This document shows positions 9,861-19,998 of a stretch of 64,000 nt of DNA, one piece after another. The translations under genes and the position numbers were made by a program. Each line of letters begins with the position of its first letter. Within the stretch, counting starts at the first letter, position 1. Source of the stretch: Myxococcales bacterium (GTDB taxonomy: Bacteria; Myxococcota_A; Polyangia; Fen-1088); NCBI GenBank assembly GCA_031431215.1, contig JANPCZ010000037.1:6355-70354 (forward strand), written 5' to 3'. Under the pieces are notes generated by a model that saw only the letters and a list, made by a program, of their open reading frames with translations, made no database searches and was not told where the DNA came from.

Positions 9861-11174
9861 TTACAGATCGGCCAGCGGGCCGGTGCTGTTGCCGAACACG
9901 GGCATGTTGACGCCGACCGAACCAAGCATCGCCAGAAACAGATTGGCGATCGGCTGGTCCTTCTTGATGATGTGACTGCCGGGGTGCAGGGCACCGCCGC
10001 CCTTGCCTGCAAGCAGCACCGGCAAGTTGGTGTGGCGGTGCGCGTCGCCGTCCTCGATCTCGCTGGAAAAGAAAACCGCCGAGTTTTCGAGCAGCGTCCC
10101 GGTGCCCTCCGTGACAGCCTTCATCTTTCCCAGCAAGTACGCGAACTGTTCGACCTCCCACGTGCCGATGGTCTGCAGCGCCGCCAGGTTGGCGGGCGCC
10201 ATCTGATGGTGCGACAACTGGTGGTGCGCTCCGGGCACGCCGATGAACGGGTAGGTGCGGTTGCTGCCCGCGTTGCCGATCATGAACGTGGCAACGCGGA
10301 CCAGATCGCACTGAAACGCGAGCACCATGATGTCGCTCATCAAGCGAACGTGCTCTTGGTACGCCAGAGTCGCGGATGGGCGCGCTGGTATCTGGCAGCC
10401 ACTCATCATCGTTTTGTCGGCGACCTGCCGTTCGATCTCGCGGACGCCCCCCATGAACTCATCGACCTTGCGCCGGTCGGTCACGCCAAGCTTGGTCCGC
10501 AAGGCGGTCGCGTCAGCGAGCGCAAAGTCGAGCACGCTGGTCTTGTAACGTCGGCGTCGGTCTCTTTCTGCGGGCGAGACGGTCGCGTCGAGACCTTCGA
10601 ACAGCTGGTCGAACACCGTCTGGGGGTTGATGATCTTGGGCAACGGCGTGGCGGGCCCCGCCCACGAGATGCTTCGTGCGTAAGCGCAGCTGTAACCGGA
10701 ATCGCACCCGCCCGCGCTGGATCCGCCGTCGATGCCAAGCTGCAGCGACGGAAACTTGGTGGCCTTCGCAAGCGCGCCCGCGGCGATCTGATCGACCGAC
10801 ACGCCGTTCTGGATGTCCGAGCCCTCCGTCTTCTTCGGATGCGCGCAGGTGAGAAATGCTCCCGTGCCCGAGGCATGGTCGCCGGGACCGTCGGGCCGCG
10901 CGGGCAAGTTCGCCAGACCAGTGATGACCGAGACATCGGCGCGCAGTGTCTCGAGCGGTTTCAGAATTGGCGTCAGCGCGTACGCCGGGCCCGTGGTGGC
11001 TGGAGTCCAGCCCGCCATGTGGATGCCGCAAGGAACGTAGTAAAACAGCAGGCGCTTGGCCTGGGTCGCGGCGCTGGCGGTGCGCGGCGCAAGGCTTTCC
11101 AAGAACGGTAGCGCGACGGTGGCACCGGCGCTGACCAGAACGCCGCGGCGTGAACGTCGACGTTGAACGATCAT
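9861..11174 (-). CDS. DUF1501 domain protein (sulfatase-like fold, Tat signal), Planctomycete-type
   Basis: Twin-arginine N-terminus MIVQRRRSRRGVLVSAGATVALPF. ~437 aa. Overlaps the downstream DUF1592-like gene by 4 nt. This partner pairing is typical. Confidence 0.75.
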   Translation of the reverse strand: MIVQRRRSRRGVLVSAGATVALPFLESLAPRTASAATQAKRLLFYYVPCGIHMAGWTPATTGPAYALTPILKPLETLRADVSVITGLANLPARPDGPGDHASGTGAFLTCAHPKKTEGSDIQNGVSVDQIAAGALAKATKFPSLQLGIDGGSSAGGCDSGYSCAYARSISWAGPATPLPKIINPQTVFDQLFEGLDATVSPAERDRRRRYKTSVLDFALADATALRTKLGVTDRRKVDEFMGGVREIERQVADKTMMSGCQIPARPSATLAYQEHVRLMSDIMVLAFQCDLVRVATFMIGNAGSNRTYPFIGVPGAHHQLSHHQMAPANLAALQTIGTWEVEQFAYLLGKMKAVTEGTGTLLENSAVFFSSEIEDGDAHRHTNLPVLLAGKGGGALHPGSHIIKKDQPIANLFLAMLGSVGVNMPVFGNSTGPLADL

Positions 11175-13264
11175 GGGGTCCTCATGGGTTCGAGCTCGCC
11201 CCGGCGTTGAGCGAAGGTGCCGCTGGTGGCCACCGATTCAAGGAGGGTACGCAGGCGCAGGCCGCCCGACAGGAAGCCCTTGGCGAGGCCGTCCACGGTT
11301 TGGGTGTCCAGGTGCCCGGCCGTGTGCTCGACACCGCGTCCGAGCGCGTAGACATAAAGTTGCTCGGTCACGCAGGCCGCGAAGCGCGGATCCGCGGCGA
11401 GCACCGTGGACAGTTGCTTGGCGCCGTTGAAGGCGCGCCCATCGGGGAACTTGCCTGAGGCATCGATGGTCTTGCCTGCGTCGGTGGAACGGTAAACCCC
11501 GACGGCGTCGTAGTTCTCAAGGCCGAAACCCAGGGGGTCCATCAGCGCGTGGCAACTTGCGCACACCACATTGGCTCGATGCAGCTCGAGCCGCTCGCGC
11601 AGCGTTCCGGTGGGTTTGTCTTCGGGCTTTAGCCCTTCCACGCCGGGCGGTGGCGGCGGTGGTGGAATGCACAACAGCTGTTCCAGGATCCAGCGGCCTC
11701 GTTGCACCGGCGAGGTGCGCGTGGGATAGGACGTCACGGTCAGGAGGCTTCCCTGGGTGAGAAACCCGCCCCGATTGGTGCCGGCCACTGACACCTTTTT
11801 GGGCACGGCCGATCCGGGCGGCGGCAACCCGTAGTGCTTGGCCAGCCGATCCGTGAGGTAGGTGGTGTCACTCGCTAGCATCTTGTCGATGCCGATGTCC
11901 CCGGCGACGAAATCGCGGAACATGAGCTGCGTTTCGTCGCGCATGTCCTCGCGCAGCGCAGGGTTGTACGAAGGAAAGACATTGGCGTCCGGGTCATGGT
12001 CGTCGAGCTTCCGGGTGTACAGCCACTGACCACCGAAGTTCGCGATGAGTGCGGCAGCCTTGGCATCCGCGAGCATCCGCGCCACCTGCGCCTTGATCTC
12101 CGCCGGCGTGCTCAGGCGTCCGGCGTCGGCGGCCGCGAACAGTGCATCGTCCGGCATGCTGCTCCACAGGAAGTAGGACAGGCGCGAGGCGAACTCGTGA
12201 GGGTTGAGCTTGTGCGGGACCAGCGACGTGGGCGTTGGATCAAGCTCGACGCGGAAAACGAAGTGCGGCGAGACCAGCGCCGACTGCATGGCGAGCTTGA
12301 GGCCGCTCTCGAACGACTGCCCGTCAGCGCGCACCATCCGCACGACGCCCATCAATCGCGCCATTTCGTCGGCGGTGACGGGTCGCCGCCAGGCGCGGCG
12401 CATGAACGCGCGCAGCAGGGTATCGACGCAAGCTTCCCCCGACGCCGGATCGCAGGTCAGCAGTCGATCGCGGCTGGGGTTGCGGGTGGGGCCTTCGAGC
12501 GGACCTTCGATCTCGAAGTAGTCGACGAACAGGTTGCGGTCAGCGCTCGTTGCCGTGTCGACGAAGTCGTTGGTGAAGCCGACGCGCACCGTGCGGTTGC
12601 CAGCAACGACCTTGAAGGTACTCTCGACGATCTCAGGCATCACTTCGTTGGCCTTGACGTCGAACACCTTCGTTGCCGCGTCCACGCCGAGGGACAGCTT
12701 GGCGAGTTCCGCGCCGGCCTGTTGCGCCCAGGCTCTCGCCCTCAGCTTGTAGGTGCCGTCCGCGGGGGCCTTGAATGTCGCGACGAGTTCACCGTTGGAC
12801 CACAGCAGCCAGGCCTGCTTGTAGGCTTGGCCGATCGGAGATCCGACGGTCTCGGCCTCGAAGCGCGTGGTGGTGACGTCTACGCCTGGTCGCAGGGCAT
12901 CGTCGACCACGGCCTGTGCCGACCGTTGCAGCAGTTCGATGTGCAGCGGGCTCAGCGACAGGACATCGGCGATGTTGTCGAAGCCGTAACCGCGATCGTC
13001 CGAGGGAAACTCGTCGGCCGGGCGCAGGGTGGTGCCCAGCAAGTCGCGAACCGTGTTGTTGTATTCGACGCGGTTCAGTCGATGCAGCGTCACGCGTCCC
13101 GGATCGGTGGCAGGGCCCGTCGGTGCAGGGCTGCCGCCCATCATCGAAGCACCGGCCCCGCCGGTCCCGGGTGCCGGGGCCGAGCCGCTGCCTACCTGTC
13201 CCGTGCAAGCCGTAAACGCCAGCAGAAACCCGCCGGCCCACGCGACCGTCCTGCGGTACATCAT
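11171..13264 (-). CDS. PSCyt/PSD family protein (DUF1592/DUF1588/DUF1585-like) with a c-type haem CxxCH motif
   Basis: 697 aa, signal peptide, CASCH haem-binding motif (VVCASCHALMDPLGFGLENYD). Start codon overlaps the stop of the DUF1501 gene (translationally coupled pair). Confidence 0.7.
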   Translation of the reverse strand: MMYRRTVAWAGGFLLAFTACTGQVGSGSAPAPGTGGAGASMMGGSPAPTGPATDPGRVTLHRLNRVEYNNTVRDLLGTTLRPADEFPSDDRGYGFDNIADVLSLSPLHIELLQRSAQAVVDDALRPGVDVTTTRFEAETVGSPIGQAYKQAWLLWSNGELVATFKAPADGTYKLRARAWAQQAGAELAKLSLGVDAATKVFDVKANEVMPEIVESTFKVVAGNRTVRVGFTNDFVDTATSADRNLFVDYFEIEGPLEGPTRNPSRDRLLTCDPASGEACVDTLLRAFMRRAWRRPVTADEMARLMGVVRMVRADGQSFESGLKLAMQSALVSPHFVFRVELDPTPTSLVPHKLNPHEFASRLSYFLWSSMPDDALFAAADAGRLSTPAEIKAQVARMLADAKAAALIANFGGQWLYTRKLDDHDPDANVFPSYNPALREDMRDETQLMFRDFVAGDIGIDKMLASDTTYLTDRLAKHYGLPPPGSAVPKKVSVAGTNRGGFLTQGSLLTVTSYPTRTSPVQRGRWILEQLLCIPPPPPPPGVEGLKPEDKPTGTLRERLELHRANVVCASCHALMDPLGFGLENYDAVGVYRSTDAGKTIDASGKFPDGRAFNGAKQLSTVLAADPRFAACVTEQLYVYALGRGVEHTAGHLDTQTVDGLAKGFLSGGLRLRTLLESVATSGTFAQRRGELEPMRTP

Positions 13265-13326
13265 GTCGTCTAGAGCTTACGCCGGCAGCTGAGCATGAGC
13301 GCGCTTTTTTGATCGCGATGAACCGG

Positions 13327-13372
13327 CCAGGTCACGCACCGATCTCCAATCGGGGGTTTGACCGTGACCTGG
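13327..13372 (+). promoter_or_regulatory. 10-bp perfect inverted repeat (ccaggtcacg ... cgtgacctgg) with ~26-nt spacer, 23 nt upstream of the smpB start
   Basis: Seen directly in the sequence. Candidate operator or 5'-UTR stem-loop. Confidence 0.3.
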
Positions 13373-13394
13373 GGGTGGGGTACTCCCACGCTCC

Positions 13395-13862
13395 ATGCCG
13401 GCAGCAACCGCGAACAAGGTTCTGGCGCGCAACCGGAAGGCGCGCCATGACTTCCACGTCGAGGAGACGGTGGAAGCCGGCCTCGTGCTCGCGGGCTCAG
13501 AGGTCAAGTCCATCCGTGCCGGCAAGGCCACGCTGACCGACGCGTTTGCCGAGATAGATCGCGGCGAGGCGTGGCTTTTGCAGATGGACATCACGCCCTA
13601 CGCTTTCGCGCACGCGCGCAATCACGAAGCGCGCCGGCGGCGCAAGCTTCTGCTACACCGCCGCGAGATCGACAGGCTGGCGGCAAAGATCCAGGCCAAG
13701 GGCTTCACCATGGTGCCGCTGTCGCTGTACGAGAAGCAGGGGCTGGTCAAGGTCGAGCTCGGGCTGGTTCGTGGCAAGCAGTCGTTTGACCGGCGTGAGG
13801 ACGTCAAGAAGCGCGAGGCCCAGCGGGAAATCGATCGGGGCATGTCGTCGCGGCGGCGCTGA
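13395..13862 (+). CDS. smpB: SsrA-binding protein SmpB
   Basis: 155 aa. KVLARNRKARHDFHVEE..GLVLAGSEVKSIR and the conserved C-terminal basic tail are diagnostic. Confidence 0.9.
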   Translation: MPAATANKVLARNRKARHDFHVEETVEAGLVLAGSEVKSIRAGKATLTDAFAEIDRGEAWLLQMDITPYAFAHARNHEARRRRKLLLHRREIDRLAAKIQAKGFTMVPLSLYEKQGLVKVELGLVRGKQSFDRREDVKKREAQREIDRGMSSRRR

Positions 13863-13884
13863 CAGCGCCACGCCACCTGCGGCG

Positions 13885-14439
13885 TCACAGGTAGTCGATG
13901 TCGACCACGGTCAGCTCGCGCGTGCCGGCGTGCCAGCGCACCACCACCGTGTCGCCAGGTTCCTTGCCAAGCAGGGCGCGCCCGGTCGGGGACTGCCAGG
14001 AGATGGCTCCGGTGGTGCCTTCGATCTCATCGACGCCGACGATGCGGTAGACGTGGCTTGCGCCGTCCTGGTCCTCGACCCGCACCGTGGCACCGAAGAA
14101 CACGCGGTCGCGACGCTTCTGGTCGCGCGGGTCGACCACCTGCACGAAATCCATGCGCTTCGACAGAAACCGCAGGCGCCCGTCGATCTGGCGCAGCTGG
14201 CGCTTGCGGTAGATGTATTCGGCGTTCTCCGAGCGGTCGCCTTCCGCGGCGGCATCGCCGAGGGCGCTGACCACCTCGGGCCGTTTGGTCGCGCGCAGGA
14301 AATCGAACTCCGCCGTCAGTTTCTTGTAGCCGGCGGGCGTGATGTAATTGGGCGTGCCCCCGGGCGCGCTCCTGATGGTTTCACCGCGCGCCGCGGGCCG
14401 TGCGCGGCTTGCGGTTCCTGGCTGTCTTCTGCCGGCCAT
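13885..14439 (-). CDS. Transcription elongation factor, GreA/GreB family
   Basis: N-terminal coiled-coil with acidic tip (GDRSENAEY) and C-terminal FKBP-like domain (VYRIVGVDEIEG...ISWQSPTGRALLGKEPGD). Confidence 0.8.
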   Translation of the reverse strand: MAGRRQPGTASRARPAARGETIRSAPGGTPNYITPAGYKKLTAEFDFLRATKRPEVVSALGDAAAEGDRSENAEYIYRKRQLRQIDGRLRFLSKRMDFVQVVDPRDQKRRDRVFFGATVRVEDQDGASHVYRIVGVDEIEGTTGAISWQSPTGRALLGKEPGDTVVVRWHAGTRELTVVDIDYL

Positions 14440-14451
14440 GGTGTGGCGAAT

Positions 14452-17299
14452 CTAGCCGGATTCCTTCGCCATCTGCTGACCGAAGGCGGTCATGAACGCG
14501 GTCCGCACGCGCGCCATGCGGGTTTCGGTCTCGGCCGAAAATTGCGCCGTGGTCATGTCCAGTGTCCGTGCCAGCAAGGCCCGATCCTCAGGCAGCAGCC
14601 GATCATCGGGGCGGTCGCGCAAAAGCCGCAGGCGTAGCGACGCCCGCTGCAGGAAGCGGTAGTCATCGACCAGTGCCGGCTCGACGGCGCCACCGCCGCG
14701 GTCGATCAGGCGTCGCAGCGCGGCCAGCGGTGACGTCGTTCGCAGCGCCTGATCGTCGCGGCCGTGGCGCAGTTGACCGAGGGCGGCCAGGAATTCGAGG
14801 TCAGTCAGTCCTCCCGGCGAGAAGCGCAGGTGGATGGTGCCGGGCTCGTCCCGGGCTCGATCGTCCTCGATGCGGCGGCGTATGCGGTAGAGCTCGCTCG
14901 CCACGGTCGCATCGTCGGTGGCATGCCCGTAGGCGATCTCGATCAGGGTAGCTGCGAACCCGGCTGCCGCGTCGCCGGTGGGGCCCGGGGCGGCGTACAC
15001 CGGGCGCGCGCGCAGCAGCGCCATGCGCTCCCACGCGGCGGCATCCTCGCGGTGGTAGCGTGCGAAGCTCGCGTAGGTCGTGACCAGCATGCCCTGCTCA
15101 CCCGAAGGCCGCAGGCGGGTATCGACCTCGTACAGCCGCCCCTCGTCGAGCAGGGCTCCAAGCGCATTGATCACCCGCTGGGCCAGCCGCGCGAACCACT
15201 CCTGGTGGTCCATGCCCGTCGTGGTGGTGCCGGGGCCCGCATACAGGAAGACCAGGTCGAGGTCCGAGCCGTAGCGCATCTCGCGTGCGCCAAGGCTACC
15301 CAGTGCCAGGATGGTCAGCGCAGCCGCGGGGATGCCGTGGCGCTGCCGAAGGGTGACCAGCACGCGATCCACTGTGGCCGCCAGGATGGCCTCCGCAAGC
15401 GTGCCTAGCTGCCGGGAGGCTTCGTCGGCAGGCAGCGTGCCCGAAACGTCGTGCAACCCGATGCGCAGGATCTCCTCGGCGGCAAAGCGGCGCATCTCGC
15501 GCAGGGCTTCCTCCTCGTCGAGCCCCGCCAGACGTGCGGTCAGGGCGTGGCCGAAAGCCTCATCGGGCAATGCCGGCGCGCCGAAACGTTCCGCCAGCGG
15601 TAGCCACAGCGCCGGGTGGCCGATGAGATGGCGCGACAGTCGCTCGCTGGTGCCGAACAGCGTGGCCAGCATGCGGAGCAGCTGCGGGGTGTCCCGCAAC
15701 AGCGTGCGCAGGCCCAGCGATCCGTGCAGCGCCAGATCGCGAAAGTGCCCCAGAGCCCGATCGGGATCCGGCGAAGCCAGGCTTTCCTCCAGCCACTCGG
15801 ACGGCAGCCGCGCCCGCGCAAGATCAAGCGAGTCTGCCGCTGCTTCGACGTCGCGGAAGCCGGCACTGGCCAGGTCCGCCAGGCTTTGTTCGCGGCTCGA
15901 GGCCGGATCGAGCAGGCGGAGGACGATGGCGGCCGGCGCTTGCTCGGGCTCACCCAGGGTTTCGGCGATGGCAGCGACCGTGATCCGGTGCTCGTTCAAC
16001 ACGCGGGCGAACGCCTCGCCGTCCGGAAAGCCCAGGCGCCGGGCCAGGCGTTCGATCGCGGTCGGCTCGGCGGGCAGCTCGTGGGTTTGCGCGCCGTCCT
16101 CAAGCTGCAGGCGATGCTCGACGCGCCGTAGAAACCGATAAGCGGCCGCCAGACTTCGCTCTTCGTGGTCGGTCAGGAGGCCGACCACCCAGAGCTTGTG
16201 CAATGCCGGCAGCGTGGCGCGTTCGCGCAGCTCGGGGCGCTTGCCCGCGTGCAGCAGCTGCAGCAGCTGCGCGGTGAGCTCGACATCCCGGATACCGCCC
16301 GTGCCGAGCTTGACGTTCAGCAGGGCGCGCTGCCCGGTTGGTGTGAACAGGCGGCGCAGCTCGCGCACCTGCTCGACCGCGCCGGCGCCCAGGGAGCGCG
16401 GGTGGATGAACGGCGCCAGCGTCTGGAGCAAGAGCGCGCCCAGGGGCGCATCGCCGGCACAGGGCCGCGCCCGCAGCAACGCCTGCCGCTCCCAGGTGCG
16501 CCCGAACGCCTCGTAGTAGCGCTCGCATGCCGGCAGTGAGTTGCAGATGGCGCCGCCACGTCCTTCGGGCCGCAAGCGAAGATCGACCCGGAACACCAGC
16601 CCATCGGCGGTGATCTCGTCGAGCGCACGAGTCACCGCCTGCGACAGGCGCACGTAGTACTCATGCAGAGTCAGCGATCCCGCGCGGCCGTCGTCGGATG
16701 AGTACACGTAAACCAGATCGACATCGGACGAAAAATTAAGCTCTTCGCCACCGAGCTTGCCCATGCCCAGCACCACGAACCCTGGCGGCCCGTCGGCTGA
16801 CTGCGGGGTGCCGTAGGCCGCGCGCAGTTCCGCCTCGCAGAAGCCCACCGCCGCTTCCAGGCACGCGTCGGCCAGGAACGACAGCTCGGCGGCTACCTCC
16901 ATCGTCGTGCCCCAGCCGATTTCTCGCGCCCCCAGCCGCAGCATCTCGCGCCGAGTGATCTGGCGCAGGCGCCGTTGCAGATCCGCGAAGTCGCGCGCCG
17001 GTGCGGTCGCGGCGAGCAGCTCGGCGACCAGGCTGGCGCGCGGTTTCGAGCGGTGCAGGTACGGATCGGCGCGCAACCGCGGCAAAGCATCCGGGTCCGA
17101 CAGCACCAGATTCGCCAGGTAGCCGCCGTTCGAAAGCAGGGCCACCAGCAGCGCCCGCCCGTCCCCATCGTTGGCCGACGGCAACGCGCCACCGCTTTCC
17201 ACGAATCGTTCGAGGCGGGGCGCGGCACCTTCGGGATCGGGCCCCGCCGCGATCAGATCCGCCAGGGCAGAGCTCACGTCAACGATGTTCTCCATCATA
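14452..17299 (-). CDS. glnE: Bifunctional glutamine synthetase adenylyltransferase/adenylyl-removing enzyme GlnE
   Basis: ~950 aa with two nucleotidyltransferase motifs (LGMGKLGGEELNFSSDVDLVYVY and LGSLGAREMRYGSDLDLVFLY). Start set at the MM codons at 17299, not the upstream ORF-track start 17391. Confidence 0.8.
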
Positions 17300-17375
17300 C
17301 GGGACACCCGCCTGCCCGCGATGGGCCGAGCGAGGCGAAGCTGCAGGTCCTCGGACCGTGTGCTAGAGACAGGGC

Positions 17376-18113
17376 ATGGCGTGGATCGCACAAGATGGCA
17401 ACAGGGTCGGCACCGGTGCCTTCGCCGGGACGCGCAACCACACGGAGGACGCGGCGCGAGCGTTTCTCGGGCGCGTGTATCGATTCATGTCGATGGGCCT
17501 CGGGGTCACCGGCGTGGTGGCGCTGCTGGTGGCATCCAGCCCAGCCGCGCTGTCGTTTCTCATCCTGAACCGCGGCGTCTTCATGGCGCTCATCATCGCC
17601 CAGCTGGTGATGGTGGTGGCGTTCTCGTCGCTGGCGCAGCGGGTGAGTGCCGGCACCGCGGCGGCCATGTTCTTCGGCTATGCGGCCTTGTCGGGGGTCA
17701 CCTTCGCGGCCATCTTTCTCATCTACACGGCGGCATCCATCGGCGGAACGTTCCTGGTAACCGCCGGCATGTTCGGCGGGCTGTCGGCCTACGGCGCGAT
17801 CACCCGGCGCAAGCTGGACGGGCTCGGCAGCTTCCTGTTCATGGGTCTCATCGGCCTGGTCATCGCCTCCGTCGTCAACATCTTCCTGGGCAGCCCGGCG
17901 CTGTACTGGCTGACCACCTTCATGGGTGTCATCGTGTTCACCGGCCTCACCGCCTATGACACCGCCAAGCTGAAGGCGCTGGCCGCAAATCTCGACGGTG
18001 GCAAGCAGCGTGAAACCAAGCTCGCCTTGCAGGGCGCGCTCATTCTCTACCTCGACTTCATCAACCTGTTCTTGATGCTGCTGCGCCTGTTCGGCGGCCG
18101 GCGTCGCGACTGA
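17376..18113 (+). CDS. Bax inhibitor-1/YccA family (TMBIM) membrane protein
   Basis: 245 aa, seven predicted TM helices, characteristic N-terminus and C-terminal basic tail (LLRLFGGRRRD). Confidence 0.75.
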   Translation: MAWIAQDGNRVGTGAFAGTRNHTEDAARAFLGRVYRFMSMGLGVTGVVALLVASSPAALSFLILNRGVFMALIIAQLVMVVAFSSLAQRVSAGTAAAMFFGYAALSGVTFAAIFLIYTAASIGGTFLVTAGMFGGLSAYGAITRRKLDGLGSFLFMGLIGLVIASVVNIFLGSPALYWLTTFMGVIVFTGLTAYDTAKLKALAANLDGGKQRETKLALQGALILYLDFINLFLMLLRLFGGRRRD

Positions 18114-18123
18114 TCCGCCCGGA

Positions 18124-18915
18124 CTACTCTTTTTCCATTCGCACCGCGACCACCGTGACGTTGTCGAGGCCGCCACTGGCGTTGGCCGCCGCGATCAGCC
18201 GGTCACACACGCCGTCGAGATCAGGCGTGTTGGCGACGATCTCGCCGATCTCGGTGTCTGGCAGCATCGACGACAAACCGTCCGAGCACAGCACGTAGAC
18301 GTCGCCCAGCCGCGGCTGATCCGTGATCACGTCGACCTGCACGGTGCTCTTCATACCTAGCGCCCGCACGATGACGTTCTTGTGCGGGAAAGCCGCGATC
18401 TCCTCGGCCGACAGGTGCTTCATCTTGATGTAGTCGTTGAGCAGCGAGTGGTCCTCGGTCATCTGATCGAACAGGCCCTCGCGCAGGCGGTACATGCGGC
18501 TGTCGCCGACGTGCCCGACGATCAAGGCGTCCTCCACGAACAGTGACGACACCAAGGTGGTGCCCATGCCACGGCACGCGGGGTTGCGCTGGGCCTCCTC
18601 GTGGATCCTGAGGTTCGCCAGCTTGATGGCGGTGACCATGCGGTTGACGTCGTGGCGGTGACCACGGTCGACCTTGAACGGCCACGTCAGCTCCTGCTCG
18701 TCCTGGGTTTCCTTGAAGAACGCCGCGATGGTCTCGACCGCCATGCGGCTGGCCACCTCGCCCGACGCGTGCCCACCCATGCCGTCGGCCACCATGGTCA
18801 GGGTCTCGGACTCGGGCAGGAAGAACGAGTCCTCGTTGTGCTCGCGCTTCTGGCCTACGTGGGTGTCGCCAGAGAAGCGCACCCGCATCCCGTCGAGGGG
18901 AAATGACGTGGACAT
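18124..18915 (-). CDS. PP2C-family Ser/Thr protein phosphatase
   Basis: MVADGMGGHASGEVAS, GDSRMYRL and LCSDGLSSML metal-binding motifs. Confidence 0.85.
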   Translation of the reverse strand: MSTSFPLDGMRVRFSGDTHVGQKREHNEDSFFLPESETLTMVADGMGGHASGEVASRMAVETIAAFFKETQDEQELTWPFKVDRGHRHDVNRMVTAIKLANLRIHEEAQRNPACRGMGTTLVSSLFVEDALIVGHVGDSRMYRLREGLFDQMTEDHSLLNDYIKMKHLSAEEIAAFPHKNVIVRALGMKSTVQVDVITDQPRLGDVYVLCSDGLSSMLPDTEIGEIVANTPDLDGVCDRLIAAANASGGLDNVTVVAVRMEKE

Positions 18916-19025
18916 GAGCCAGCGATGGTATCGCCGCGCGCGGCTTCGATCAACGGCGCTCGGATCACGGCGGCCAGGAAAAAACGCGACAGCGGACGCG
19001 TTGACCCCGCATTGGCTGCCCCGCT

Positions 19026-19979
19026 ATGGTCGCCCGGCTCATGATGGGGGACGCAACGGTGACGTGGACGCGAGCGCTGGCCGTGGTCATGGCGGTGGCC
19101 GCCGCGGCCGGTTGCCAGGAATTCATGATCGACGTGACCGTTGACTCTACGGCTCCGGTGCTCAAGCGCGCCTCGAAGTCGCTCGACGAGGAAAGTGACG
19201 TGCAGCTGGCGCGTGATGCATTGCCTGCGCAGATCAAGACCGTCGACGGCTTCCTGGCGGCGGGGCCCCGGAACCCCGACCTGCTTGAGATGACGGCGAT
19301 GGCTTACGTGCAGTACGCGTTCGGCTTCCTCGAGGACGATCTGGAAGCGCTGCCAGCGGGCGACACGCCCGAACGACGGGCGCTGGTGGATCGCTGCACC
19401 GGTCTTTACGAGCGTGCCTATGACATCGGCTTGCGGCACGTGGCGCTCGATCGGGCCGAGTTGCCGCAACTCGCGAAACAGGGCAGCGCGGACGATCTGG
19501 GCAAGACACTCGTACGTGCCCGGAAGCGCTCGGCGGCCGGGCTCAACTGGGCCGGGGTGGCACTGGCGTCGGCCATCAACCTGCATAGGGACGACATCGC
19601 ACGGGTGGCTGACTTGCCCAGGGCCATCGCCATGCTGGAGCGATCGCACGCGCTCGATCCTGCCTACTACGTCCACAACGCGGCCCTGTCGCTGGCGGTC
19701 ATCTATGCCTCGCAGGGCCGGGCGGCAGGCGGCGATCCGGCGCGAGCCAAGCAACTGTTCGACGAGGTGCTGGGCGCGACCGGTGGCAGGTTCCTGATGG
19801 CCAAGGTGCTGTTCGCGCGTTACTACGCCACCGTGACGCTGGATCGCGCGCTTTACCAGCGCACGCTCACGGAGGTGCTGGCGACGCCTGGTTCCATCTG
19901 GCCCGAGCAGCGCCTGGCCAACGAATTGGCGCGGCGGCGCGCCGCCCGCTACCTCAAGGAAGTCGATGATCTTTTCTAG
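19026..19979 (+). CDS. tatT: TRAP-transporter-associated TatT-family lipoprotein (TPR-like)
   Basis: Lipobox AAAAGC. Helical repeat protein immediately upstream of the TRAP dctPQM genes. Family assignment by context and sequence feel. Confidence 0.55.
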   Translation: MVARLMMGDATVTWTRALAVVMAVAAAAGCQEFMIDVTVDSTAPVLKRASKSLDEESDVQLARDALPAQIKTVDGFLAAGPRNPDLLEMTAMAYVQYAFGFLEDDLEALPAGDTPERRALVDRCTGLYERAYDIGLRHVALDRAELPQLAKQGSADDLGKTLVRARKRSAAGLNWAGVALASAINLHRDDIARVADLPRAIAMLERSHALDPAYYVHNAALSLAVIYASQGRAAGGDPARAKQLFDEVLGATGGRFLMAKVLFARYYATVTLDRALYQRTLTEVLATPGSIWPEQRLANELARRRAARYLKEVDDLF

Positions 19980-19998
19980 CCGCCGTGGAGGTCACCGT

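Noticed and set aside
9972-13273. Long + strand ORFs (379 aa and 425 aa) opposite the DUF1501 and PSCyt/PSD genes
   Set aside because: Antisense to genes with clear family signatures (Tat signal, CxxCH). Arg/Gly-rich translations.
13302-13318. AGCGCGCT palindrome followed by T6 (terminator-like) between the PSCyt/PSD gene start and smpB
   Set aside because: The stem would be only 4 bp, and no + strand gene ends upstream of it. Probably a fortuitous T-run in the divergent promoter region.
14562-17568. Multiple + strand ORFs (129-276 aa) within glnE
   Set aside because: All antisense to or out of frame with the 950-aa glnE reading frame, which carries two nucleotidyltransferase motifs.
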